63,617 nt of DNA from an uncultured Methanosarcinales archaeon (GCA_964521755.1 CAZFSZ010000003.1:1-63617); one strand, 5' to 3'. Numbered from the stretch's first letter, positions 54,873-63,238 are shown. A program made the numbers and translations. Notes: generated by a model not told the origin, from the letters alone.

Positions 54873-55157
54873 TTATTCTTCTTTTTCCTCATTTATCTTT
54901 TCTTCAGGCTCTTCTTCTTTTTCCTCTGTTTTTATTTCTTTCCTTACAGAATAAGCCTTTCCAGTGAATTTTGCACCGCATTTTCTGCAGTTCCATATCC
55001 CTGCAGCAACCCTTTTTACCTTTGGTGCACGACAGTACGGGCAGATGTGTTTTCCCTTTTGAACTGCTTCAACTTCAGCTAGTTTATGCTTTACTCTTCT
55101 TCCATATCTTGCGCCGAATCTTTTTACTGATCTTAATTTTTTCTTTTTTTCTGCCAT
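54873..55157 (-). CDS. rpl37ae: ribosomal protein L37Ae (eL43) with an acidic C-terminal tail
   Basis: RFGARYGRRVK..., CPYC...CRKCG zinc ribbon. GGGAG SD 7 nt upstream. Confidence 0.92.
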   Translation of the reverse strand: MAEKKKKLRSVKRFGARYGRRVKHKLAEVEAVQKGKHICPYCRAPKVKRVAAGIWNCRKCGAKFTGKAYSVRKEIKTEEKEEEPEEKINEEKEE

Positions 55158-55182
55158 ATGATATCTCCCTTTTACATTAAGA

Positions 55183-55288
55183 TGGGGCTACCCAGACTCT
55201 CAAAGACAAAAACATATATTTTGCCTAATTTGAACTGGGGTCGTAGCGTCCCAAACGCCAAAGGCTAGCCAAACTACCCCATAGCCCC
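55183..55288 (-). tRNA. tRNA-Pro (UGG) with a 32-nt non-canonical intron in the T-loop (59/60)
   Basis: Acceptor GGGGCTA/TAGCCCC, D stem GGGT/GCCT, anticodon arm TGGCG-TTTGGGA-CGCTA, T stem CCCAG/CTGGG. The T-loop TTCAAA|T is interrupted by the intron. Confidence 0.8.
55197..55228 (-). other. tRNA-Pro T-loop intron (BHB)
   Basis: Outer helix is the T stem, followed by 3-nt bulge AG|U. The central 4 bp are UUCA/UGAG (one G-U), followed by 3-nt bulge AA|U. The inner helix is 8 bp, AGGCAAAA/UUUUGUCU. Cutting after the second bulge nucleotide restores a 7-nt T-loop. Confidence 0.7.
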
Positions 55289-55325
55289 ATGCAAGTAGTT
55301 AAGTATATTCGAAAACTTAGATTTG

Positions 55326-55333
55326 TTTATAAA
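55326..55333 (-). promoter_or_regulatory. TATA box (TTTATAAA) upstream of tRNA-Pro
   Basis: 38-45 nt upstream of the mature tRNA 5-prime end, which implies a short leader. It is the only TATA-like box upstream of the tRNA-Pro/rpl37ae unit. Confidence 0.4.
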
Positions 55334-55402
55334 ATTTACTAAAATTCTAGTAAACCCGTAAGCAAAACCCGTTATTTCTTGCTATATTTAGTTTAGGCAA
55401 GT

Positions 55403-55410
55403 TTTATAAA
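55403..55410 (+). promoter_or_regulatory. TATA box (TTTATAAA) for aRF1
   Basis: 23-30 nt upstream of the ATG at 55433. Confidence 0.45.
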
Positions 55411-55432
55411 GATGATGTTTTTTTGTTAAACT

Positions 55433-58054
55433 ATGGCTCTAACATCAAAACAGAAGTTTGAATTGAAGAAATTGGTAAAAGAATTAAGCCGATATAGAGG
55501 GAGGCATACTGAATTGGTTAGTGTATATGTTCCTAAAGGTTATGATATGAACAAGATAATCAATCATCTGTCTCAAGAGCAGAGCACTGCTGAAAATATA
55601 AAGTCAAAATCAACCAGGAAAAATGTGATTGATGCGCTGGAAAAGATGATCCAGCACCTTAAGGTTTACAAAAAAACACCTGAGAACGGATTGGCTGTCT
55701 TTTCAGGCAATGTTGCTGAAAGAGAAGGGCAGTCAGATGTTCAGGTTTGGAGTGTAGAGCCTCCAGTGCACCTAAACCAAAGGCTTTACAGGTGTGACAA
55801 GGAATTTGTCCTTGAGCCTTTGGATATGATGCTGGAGCACAAGAATGTCTATGGGCTGGTTGTTATGGACAGGAGAGACGCCAATATCGCTCTCCTCAAG
55901 GGAAAAACCATAGTTCCGTTAACTAAAACCCATTCCCAGGTTCCTGGAAAGTTCCGTGCTGGGGGGCAATGTATCTCTCCCGATTCTCTAGTCCAGTTAT
56001 CTGATGGTTCTATACCTAAAATTAAAACCGTTCATAATCCAAATATAGTCAAATCAGTTATGATCAAAGACAGTTTTACAATTAACGATTCTAATATAAC
56101 AGATAAATGGAATGCAAAGAAGAAGCAAATTTATAAAATTATTACAAAAAATCCTCGTTTGGAGGTTCAATCTTCAAAAGATCATATTTTTTTTGTGGCT
56201 GCTTCTAATGGGCTTATTGAAAAACCTGCTGAAGAATTAAAAAAAGGAGACCATTTAATAATGCCAGAGAAAATAAATATCAAAGGAAAAACACATAGGT
56301 TAAATTCAAAAAAATATTATAATTCTTTTATAATTTCTAAGAAAGGTCAAAAACTTCTTAAACAAAAAAGACAAAAGAAAAAGCTATTTCAAAGACAATT
56401 AGCAAAAAAAATCAATGTAGCTCAAACTACAATCTCTTCTTATGAACTTGGAAAATTAAACGCAAAAAGAGAACAACTGAAAAAAATTTGTAATGCGTTA
56501 GATATAAATTTTAAAGATTTTATTAAAAACAACACCCGGCCATTTCTTTATAAAAAAATAAAATTGCCTATTAAATTAAATGAAAAATTTGCTCAATTTT
56601 TGGGATACCTCATAGGAGATGGTTGTATAGAGAAAGACAGAATAACATTTTTTGAACAATACAGGGATTTAGCGTTATCCTATCAAAAAAAATTTAGTAA
56701 ACTATTTGAAATGGATCTAAGCTATCGATTCAGAAAAAATAAAAATTACCATCAAATAAGATTCACAAGTAGGCCTTTAGTAAGATTAATTCAAAATGAA
56801 TTCCCTGAAATCAAAAAGTCATTAGATTCAGAAATTCCCCAAAAAATACTGCAGTCTAATAATGAAATCATTGCCTCGTTCTTAAAAGGTATTTTTGATG
56901 CTGAAGGGTATGTTTCTACAAGAAAACAGGTCGCACTTGGAATTAATAATAAAAGATTAGTTCAGCAGCTGCAGCTTGCGTTGTTAAGATTCAGTATAAT
57001 TGGCTCTATGCACGAATATGATAATAAGGTTAATATTCATAGCAATAATCCAAGATTTACATTAGATATAACAGAAAAAAAATCATTAAAATTATTTAAG
57101 AAATTTATTGGTTTTACCTCTAAAAAGAAAAGTGAAAAATTAAAATCTATAATAAAAAACAAATCTGGTAAAAGCAATATCAGACAAATTGTTGTTTCAG
57201 GAAGAAAAATAAAAAAAATAATCGAAAATGCAGGATATAATTTGCAATTATTCCCTAAAGTTAATTGTTTCTTCAGAAATGAAAGAATGATGGGTAAACA
57301 AACATTTAAAAATTCTATCTTATCAAATATAAAAGATGAAAAATTGTTTAAACAATTAGAAGAAATTTATCATTATTCTATTCTTCCAGTGAAGATTCAT
57401 GAAATAGAAAAAAGAAAAAAACCAACTAAAATGGTTGATATATCAGTAAAAAATCAAAACTTTATAGCAAATGGTTTAATTGTCCATAATTCTGCTCAGA
57501 GATTCGCAAGGATAAGAGAGGGAGCTGCCAAAAGGCACTACAAAAAAGTTGCTGACTATGTAAAGAACGAATTTCTAAAGAATAAAAATCTAAAGGGGAT
57601 CATAGTTGGGGGTCCTGGTCCGACTAAAGAGGATTTTGTTGAAGGAGGCTACCTTACAGGGGATTTAAAAAAGAAGGTGATTGCAGTTAAAGATCTGTCA
57701 TATACTGGAGACTTCGGTCTGCAGGAACTGGTAGACAAGTCCCAGGATGTTCTCGCAAAAGAAGAAATCGCTTTTGAAAAAAAGCTGATGGGCAATTTCT
57801 TTGAGATTCTTTCTAAAAATCCTGGAAAAGTAAGTTATGGAGAAAAAGAAGTGATGAAAAATTTAAAATTAGGGGCAGTAGACATCCTGCTTTTGTCAGA
57901 AGTTCTTGAAGATGAAAAGGTGGAAGAGTTTGAAAATGAATCAGAAAAAGTAGGCACAAATGTTGAGATTATCTCTACAGAGACAAGAGAAGGTGCTCAG
58001 CTGAAAGACATAGGAAAGATCGCGGCTATACTGAGATACGAAGTACAGCAATAA
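55433..58054 (+). CDS. prf1: peptide chain release factor aRF1, interrupted by an intein
   Basis: NIKS motif (AENIKSKS). The GGQ motif is followed directly by Cys1 of the intein, and the extein resumes SAQRFARIREG. The exteins total 366 aa. Confidence 0.92.
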   Translation: MALTSKQKFELKKLVKELSRYRGRHTELVSVYVPKGYDMNKIINHLSQEQSTAENIKSKSTRKNVIDALEKMIQHLKVYKKTPENGLAVFSGNVAEREGQSDVQVWSVEPPVHLNQRLYRCDKEFVLEPLDMMLEHKNVYGLVVMDRRDANIALLKGKTIVPLTKTHSQVPGKFRAGGQCISPDSLVQLSDGSIPKIKTVHNPNIVKSVMIKDSFTINDSNITDKWNAKKKQIYKIITKNPRLEVQSSKDHIFFVAASNGLIEKPAEELKKGDHLIMPEKINIKGKTHRLNSKKYYNSFIISKKGQKLLKQKRQKKKLFQRQLAKKINVAQTTISSYELGKLNAKREQLKKICNALDINFKDFIKNNTRPFLYKKIKLPIKLNEKFAQFLGYLIGDGCIEKDRITFFEQYRDLALSYQKKFSKLFEMDLSYRFRKNKNYHQIRFTSRPLVRLIQNEFPEIKKSLDSEIPQKILQSNNEIIASFLKGIFDAEGYVSTRKQVALGINNKRLVQQLQLALLRFSIIGSMHEYDNKVNIHSNNPRFTLDITEKKSLKLFKKFIGFTSKKKSEKLKSIIKNKSGKSNIRQIVVSGRKIKKIIENAGYNLQLFPKVNCFFRNERMMGKQTFKNSILSNIKDEKLFKQLEEIYHYSILPVKIHEIEKRKKPTKMVDISVKNQNFIANGLIVHNSAQRFARIREGAAKRHYKKVADYVKNEFLKNKNLKGIIVGGPGPTKEDFVEGGYLTGDLKKKVIAVKDLSYTGDFGLQELVDKSQDVLAKEEIAFEKKLMGNFFEILSKNPGKVSYGEKEVMKNLKLGAVDILLLSEVLEDEKVEEFENESEKVGTNVEIISTETREGAQLKDIGKIAAILRYEVQQ
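55970..57490 (+). mobile_element. 507-aa intein with an XRE-type HTH and a LAGLIDADG homing endonuclease, inserted between Q and S of GGQS
   Basis: Block A CISPDSLV, block B SSKDHIFF, C-terminal blocks MVDISVKNQNFIANGLIVHN followed by +1 Ser. LAGLIDADG motifs FLGYLIGDGCI and FLKGIFDAEGYV. HTH QRQLAKKINVAQTTISSYELGKLNAKREQLKKICNAL. Confidence 0.87.
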
Positions 58055-58321
58055 AAAATAAAAAATTAAAAAAATTAAATTCTAAAAATCTGTTCCTCTT
58101 AGAATCTCTTTCCAAAGCTCTTTTTCTATCTCATAGATTATATTTTCTTTTTCCCCAAATCTTTCTGCTCCCATATCACAGATTCCATTTTTTTGGTTAA
58201 ATATCTTTGTTCCCATTTTTCAACCCCCACAGGTTTTTCCCAGCTTTTGCTGGAATAATCATAATAAAGCATTACAAAAATATATACTTTTGCTGTGATA
58301 AGTATATAGCAAAAAGAAAAA

Positions 58322-58329
58322 TTTATATA
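58322..58329 (+). promoter_or_regulatory. TATA box (TTTATATA) for the AbrB-PhoU-like gene
   Basis: 25-32 nt upstream of the ATG at 58354. Confidence 0.4.
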
Positions 58330-58353
58330 GCTGTAGTAATATATATTAGTTAT

Positions 58354-59241
58354 ATGGAGTCAAGAAAAATCCAGTTGGTAGGAAATCGTTCTTATTCTGT
58401 CTCTCTTCCTAAAAAATGGGTATTAGCAAACAACCTAAAGGAAAAAGAGGTTGTTTTTATAGATATAAACAACAATGACGAATTGATAATTAAGAAAGCA
58501 GATACAGAAAACCAAAAAAAAGAAAGCATAACTGTCAACCTGGAAGAGATAGACAATATAGCAGAGTTTTTGATGATATGTTATGTTAAAAATATTAATA
58601 ATATCACCTTATTAACTAAAAAACAAGAATACGAAAAGATAAAATCAATAAGAAACGTACTTAAATATTTAGAAGGCTATGATATAATATCTGAAAACAA
58701 TAATAAGATAAAGATTTCATTCTTGTTCAACACCATCAATATCAATCTAAAAAAGATCCTTATCAGGATGAATTATCTGTTAAAATTAGAGCTGACTTCT
58801 ATAAGCAATAAAGACAATGAAGCATTAGAAGAAACAGAGACTTCTATCGATAAGTTATACCATCTTTCAAAAAGGATATTATTCTCCTGCATAAGAAACA
58901 AGAAATTAAGAAAAGAAAATGATATCAAACATGATGAAGATACCTTCTTTTACAAAGACATATTCAAAAAATTAGAAAATATCGGAGACAATATAGTTAA
59001 GCTGAAAAACCAGGATCTGTCCAAAAAAGAAACAAAAGAATTGAATAAATTTTTGGAATTGTTGTCGGATTTGTTGATAAAAAAGCAAGATGCCTCCAAA
59101 ATAAAGAATGCATTGTCAAAAATCAGGTTTAATTCTCAAGATGATTATACAGACAGGATATTGGGAAGATTAAATGAATTGGGCATAGATATAATTGAAA
59201 ATGCAGTTTCAATAAAGTTTAACAAAACCTACTTTTCATAA
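58354..59241 (+). CDS. SpoVT/AbrB-domain protein with a PhoU-like helical domain (archaeal phosphate-uptake-regulator-like)
   Basis: N-terminal KIQLVGNRSYSVSLPKKWV swapped-hairpin motif, then helical repeats. Start at MESRK, chosen on promoter spacing. Confidence 0.55.
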   Translation: MESRKIQLVGNRSYSVSLPKKWVLANNLKEKEVVFIDINNNDELIIKKADTENQKKESITVNLEEIDNIAEFLMICYVKNINNITLLTKKQEYEKIKSIRNVLKYLEGYDIISENNNKIKISFLFNTININLKKILIRMNYLLKLELTSISNKDNEALEETETSIDKLYHLSKRILFSCIRNKKLRKENDIKHDEDTFFYKDIFKKLENIGDNIVKLKNQDLSKKETKELNKFLELLSDLLIKKQDASKIKNALSKIRFNSQDDYTDRILGRLNELGIDIIENAVSIKFNKTYFS

Positions 59242-59273
59242 ACAATATAAACAACTTATTCTTCTCAAAATTT

Positions 59274-59942
59274 ATGAACCTTATCCAAAAAGCATATTCA
59301 GAATTGTATCCAGAAAAAACTCTGGATTACAATACAAATTTAGTCTATTCAGGAAGATTCAAGGCATATAATGCAAACGCATCCAAATCCGCAACAACAA
59401 TAACAATAAAGCTTTCCAAAAAATGGAAAAAGATATCAGAAGACATCCAAATCGGACTTATCCAGTCAATCCTTGTTAAGCTATTCAAGACAAAAAAAAG
59501 GACAATGAACATGGATCTTTACACTAATTTCATCAAACATGTCCATATATCAGTTCCAAAGACAAATACAGATCCTCTGCTTGAATTATCATTCAACAGG
59601 GTAAATGAAAAATATTTTTCTAATCAGATAGAAAAACCAAATCTAAGATGGGGTTCTGCTTCAGTAAGAAAACTTGGCTCTTATGATTACCAGTCAGATG
59701 AGATATCTATCTCTACCATATTCAAAAACCGCCCTTATCTGCTGGATTATGTTATGTACCACGAGATGCTCCATAAAAAACACAAGTTCTATCAGACAAA
59801 GACAGGAAGATTATACCACCACACCTCAAAATTCAAAAAAGATGAAAAAGCATTTGAAAATTCAAAAGAGATAGAAAAAAATATCACAAAAATCTGCCGT
59901 AAAAAGCGGTTGTCTAAAGCTTTGAATCTTTTCAGGTTTTAG
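59274..59942 (+). CDS. SprT-like / DUF45-like zinc metallopeptidase
   Basis: YVMYHEMLHKKH (HExxH) near the C-terminus. 222 aa. Confidence 0.5.
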   Translation: MNLIQKAYSELYPEKTLDYNTNLVYSGRFKAYNANASKSATTITIKLSKKWKKISEDIQIGLIQSILVKLFKTKKRTMNMDLYTNFIKHVHISVPKTNTDPLLELSFNRVNEKYFSNQIEKPNLRWGSASVRKLGSYDYQSDEISISTIFKNRPYLLDYVMYHEMLHKKHKFYQTKTGRLYHHTSKFKKDEKAFENSKEIEKNITKICRKKRLSKALNLFRF

Positions 59943-60033
59943 GGGTTTAAACTGCTCAATATATACAGCAAGGCTTATTTTGTTCAGTTATAACTTCAAA
60001 TAAGCTTAAAACAGCCTTCTTTAAATCATAACC

Positions 60034-60041
60034 TTTATATA
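60034..60041 (+). promoter_or_regulatory. TATA box (TTTATATA) for the histone/aIF5A/L40e unit
   Basis: 42-49 nt upstream of the histone ATG. GGAGGAG SD at 60071-60077 implies a short leader. Confidence 0.4.
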
Positions 60042-60082
60042 TCTCCTGCTTCAATCTTAATCATATTTTTGGAGGAGATATT

Positions 60083-60292
60083 ATGTCATCAAAAAGATTA
60101 TTGCCTTTGGCTGCAATGGAAAAAATTCTCAAGCAATCCGGAGCAGAGAGGGTTTCAGACAAGGCAAAAGCTGCCTTAAAATTGATAGTAGAAGAAAGAG
60201 CAGAAAAGATAGCATCACAGGCTGTTAGATTTGCTGCACATGCTGGAAGAAAGACAGTAAAAGCAGGAGATGTAAGATTAGCTGCTAAATAA
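60083..60292 (+). CDS. archaeal histone (HMf family)
   Basis: A 69-aa histone fold: LPLAAMEKILKQSGAERVS...AAHAGRKTVKAGDVRLA. Confidence 0.92.
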   Translation: MSSKRLLPLAAMEKILKQSGAERVSDKAKAALKLIVEERAEKIASQAVRFAAHAGRKTVKAGDVRLAAK

Positions 60293-60313
60293 TATTAAGA
60301 TAGGGGGATTAAC

Positions 60314-60709
60314 ATGGGAGAAGTAAAACAGACTAGCGTAGGAAATTTGACCAAAGGAAGTTATGTTGTTGTTGATGGTGTTGCCTGCAAGGTTAAAGGC
60401 ACCCAAACATCAAGGCCTGGAAAACACGGCCATGCAAAAGTAAGATTAGAGGCTGTTGGTTTGATCGACGGCAAGAAAAGAGTTATAGTCATGCCAGGAC
60501 ATGACAAGATAAAAGTTCCGATAATAGGGAAAAAAACAGCACAGGTATTGTCAATTCAGGATAATACTGCAAATGTTATGGATTCAGAAACATATGAAAC
60601 ATTTGATCTGAAGATACCTGAAGATTTAAAAGGAGATGTTGTTGAAGGTTCAAATGTGCTTTACTGGGAGATCCTTGACCAGAAAACAATGAAACAAGTC
60701 AAGGAATAA
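60314..60709 (+). CDS. eif5a: translation initiation factor 5A
   Basis: TSRPGKHGHAKV hypusine loop. 131 aa. Confidence 0.95.
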   Translation: MGEVKQTSVGNLTKGSYVVVDGVACKVKGTQTSRPGKHGHAKVRLEAVGLIDGKKRVIVMPGHDKIKVPIIGKKTAQVLSIQDNTANVMDSETYETFDLKIPEDLKGDVVEGSNVLYWEILDQKTMKQVKE

Positions 60710-60729
60710 TTAAATTTAAGGAGATAAAA

Positions 60730-60891
60730 ATGGCAAAAATAGAAGAAGCAGACAAAAGGCTTTTTAGAAATGTATTTGTCTGCATGAAATGCAAATCAAA
60801 GATAAAGGCAAATCCGATGAAGGTTTCAGAGGGAAGAGTAAGCTGCAGAAAATGCGGCTCAAAACAGCTGAAACCCATAAGAAAGAAATAA
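60730..60891 (+). CDS. rpl40e: ribosomal protein L40e
   Basis: My translation: MAKIEEADKRLFRNVFVCMKCKSKIKANPMKVSEGRVSCRKCGSKQLKPIRKK, with C..C/C..C. AGGAG SD upstream. Below the ORF-track cutoff. Confidence 0.8.
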   Translation: MAKIEEADKRLFRNVFVCMKCKSKIKANPMKVSEGRVSCRKCGSKQLKPIRKK

Positions 60892-60920
60892 CTTTGTAAA
60901 TAAAGAGGTAATCAAGACAA

Positions 60921-62126
60921 ATGGATATCCAGGTAATAGCAGCAGTAATCTTTGTTTTATTTCTTGTCTTTTTTATCATCAAAAAAAGAAAAAACATTGT
61001 TTTGCAAAAGATACTTTTTCCTTTTCTTTATCTTGTTCTTTACAGGAGCAACTTTGGGATAAAATTCATCAACAGATTTGCAAAAAAGTATAGGGAATGG
61101 ATAATTTTCTTTGGATACTGCTGCGTAGGCATAGGCATAGTTGGCATGGTATTTATATCCATCAATATTATTCTTATGATATGGACCCTGATTACTGCTC
61201 CAGTTTCACAGCCAGGTGTTGCTCTTGTCTTGCCTTTTACAAATGTTCCTGGAATAGGTTATCTTTCTTTTTTTCATTGGATTATTGCCATTTTTGTATT
61301 AGCAATTGTACATGAGTTTTCCCACGGAATCGTTGCCAAAGCTCATGGTTTGCCGATAAAATCATCAGGCTTTGCTTTCTTTGCTTTATTAGCTCCGATA
61401 ATACCTGCCGCTTTTGTAGAGCCGGACGAAAAAAAACTTTCCAAATCCAAAGATATAGTTCAATACTCTATTTTTTCAGCAGGACCAATAATCAATATTT
61501 TATTAGCTCTTTTGATCTTGATTGCCATGCCATATGTTATCAGCCCTTCAAAATTAGCCCCATTTGAATCTACAATAACTGAACCTGTCGGATTTTCATT
61601 TGAGCTGACTAATTCCACTTTGCCTGCAGCAAAAGCAGGGCTAGAAGATGGGATGATTATAGATTCTTTTAATGGACAGCCAATAACAGAAGTTGCTCCT
61701 TTCCTTGAAAAGATGTACTACTGCTCATCTTCTGGAGACAATGTAACATTGGGTGCAAACGGAACTGCTTATGCTATTACCACTGTAGCTTCAGAGGATG
61801 GAGAAAGAGGTATAGTAGGAATACAGAACTTTGTAAATGAAAGAAAGATGAAGCCAAAATATGCATGGCTGAAGCATCCGTTCTATTGGACAAAAGATCT
61901 GTTTAAATGGCTTTTCCTGCTTAATTTCTTTATTGGCTTGTTTAATCTTCTTCCTTTAGGAATAGTTGACGGCGGAAGAATACTTAAGACATTTTTAGAT
62001 AAGACAATAAAAAATAAATTAAAAGCAAGAAAGGTATGGAGTTTTATCTCAGCATTCTTTTTGATATTGCTGTTGTTTGGATTAGCAACAACTTATTTAG
62101 GAAATCCTTTTGCATTTTTAAGATGA
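60921..62126 (+). CDS. site-2 protease family (M50) membrane metalloprotease with a PDZ-like insert
   Basis: HEFSHG (HExxH) in a TM helix and NLLPLGIVDGGRIL near the C-terminus. Confidence 0.85.
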   Translation: MDIQVIAAVIFVLFLVFFIIKKRKNIVLQKILFPFLYLVLYRSNFGIKFINRFAKKYREWIIFFGYCCVGIGIVGMVFISINIILMIWTLITAPVSQPGVALVLPFTNVPGIGYLSFFHWIIAIFVLAIVHEFSHGIVAKAHGLPIKSSGFAFFALLAPIIPAAFVEPDEKKLSKSKDIVQYSIFSAGPIINILLALLILIAMPYVISPSKLAPFESTITEPVGFSFELTNSTLPAAKAGLEDGMIIDSFNGQPITEVAPFLEKMYYCSSSGDNVTLGANGTAYAITTVASEDGERGIVGIQNFVNERKMKPKYAWLKHPFYWTKDLFKWLFLLNFFIGLFNLLPLGIVDGGRILKTFLDKTIKNKLKARKVWSFISAFFLILLLFGLATTYLGNPFAFLR

Positions 62127-62782
62127 ATCTTTCAGTAATTCTAGTTGAAGCGAAAAACAGCGGAAACGTCGGAGCTATTGCAAGAAGCATGGCTAATTTC
62201 GGCTTTTCAAAATTAATTTTAGTTAATCCAAGATGCAAACATCTTTCTCAGACAGCAAGGAACAGAGCAAAATGGGCTCAGGATGTCTTAAAAAAAGCAA
62301 AAGTTGTAAATAAAATTCCAAAAGTTGATACTTTGATTGCAACAACTGCAAAGCTTGGCTCTGATTACAACATTCCTCGTGTTCCAATTTCTCCTAAGCA
62401 ACTTTCAAAAGTTGCAAAAGGAAATATAGGTTTATTATTCGGCAGAGAAAGTATAGGATTGACAAATGAAGAAATTCAACAGGCAGATTTTGTAGTCTCA
62501 ATCCCAGCTTCAAAAAAATATCCTGTAATGAATCTCAGCCACGCTGTAACAATCCTTCTTTATGAAATCTCAAAAGAAGACCACACCTTTCACATCAAGC
62601 TTGCAACAGAAGCAGATAAAAGACAAGTCTTAAAACTTCTCAATCAAAAGATGAAATCCATGGATTTCAAAACAAAAGAAAAAAAACAAACTCAAATCAA
62701 AGTCTGGAAAAGAATGATTTCAAAATCTTTCTTGACAAGAAGAGAAGCTTTTGCTTTGATGGGATTTCTGAAGAAATCATAA
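62123..62782 (+). CDS. SpoU/TrmJ-type tRNA/rRNA 2-prime-O-methyltransferase
   Basis: VILVEAKNSGNVGAIARSMANFG, later LLFGRESIGL and NLSHAV. ATGA overlap with the S2P stop; the ORF-track start at 62036 is inside the S2P gene. Confidence 0.8.
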   Translation: MNLSVILVEAKNSGNVGAIARSMANFGFSKLILVNPRCKHLSQTARNRAKWAQDVLKKAKVVNKIPKVDTLIATTAKLGSDYNIPRVPISPKQLSKVAKGNIGLLFGRESIGLTNEEIQQADFVVSIPASKKYPVMNLSHAVTILLYEISKEDHTFHIKLATEADKRQVLKLLNQKMKSMDFKTKEKKQTQIKVWKRMISKSFLTRREAFALMGFLKKS

Positions 62783-63238
62783 TTATTTTATCAAACTTCC
62801 CATAACATCTTGGAAAAAAACTTCTTTGCCTTTATATTTCACAGCTTCTCTCCCAGTAAAATAACTATAATCTCCTTTTATCTTAAATGTGTATTCAAAA
62901 TCTCCTTGCTTAAACTTCTTTGGACATCTAAAAGGCAAATTATGAGTAGTTTTCATTAATGCTTTTTTCAAAAAGCCATAAACTTTCTCAATAAATTCTT
63001 TAGAATCTGATAATGCTTTGCCTTGATAACTCATACACCAAACTGGCTTGTTCTTATAGAAAACAATTTCTTTTCCAGGAGGCCACACCCATCCAGAATA
63101 AGAATCATGATATCTCCAATCTCCATCAACAAAATCATAATCTTTGTGTCCTGCAATAATAGATTTACATTTTATCTTTTTAGGGGCAGCATAGGTGTTT
63201 TTATGTGCCTTTGCAATAAATTTCAATAGTTCTTTCAT
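62783..63238 (-). CDS. hypothetical protein (DUF5680-like by recollection)
   Basis: 151 aa with the GDWRYHDSYSGWVWPPGKEIVFYKNKPVWCMSYQG pattern. A 4-nt overlap with the upstream wHTH gene. Confidence 0.4.
   Translation of the reverse strand: MKELLKFIAKAHKNTYAAPKKIKCKSIIAGHKDYDFVDGDWRYHDSYSGWVWPPGKEIVFYKNKPVWCMSYQGKALSDSKEFIEKVYGFLKKALMKTTHNLPFRCPKKFKQGDFEYTFKIKGDYSYFTGREAVKYKGKEVFFQDVMGSLIK

Noticed and set aside
58082-58216. A 44-aa minus-strand ORF (MGTKIFNQKNGICDMGAERFGEKENIIYEIEKELWKEILRGTDF) in the aRF1/PhoU-like spacer.
   Set aside because: It has no TATA box at the usual -23 to -33 distance, no convincing SD and no recognisable motif. It is indistinguishable from a chance ORF.
58207-58353. 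N-terminal extensions offered by the ORF track (58207-58353, 62036-62122, 8816-8914, 53283-53345, 1004-1054, 7841-7861, 22405-22443, 23075-23095).
   Set aside because: The extensions overlap upstream genes or encode hydrophobic or nonsense leaders. The internal Met is preceded by a correctly spaced TATA box or SD, or forms an ATGA stop/start overlap.
59973-60005. Hairpin GCTTATTT-(17 nt)-AAATAAGC downstream of the SprT-like gene as an intrinsic terminator.
   Set aside because: Archaeal termination generally relies on oligo-T tracts rather than hairpins. The stem is AT-rich and short and there is no following T-run, so it is left unannotated.
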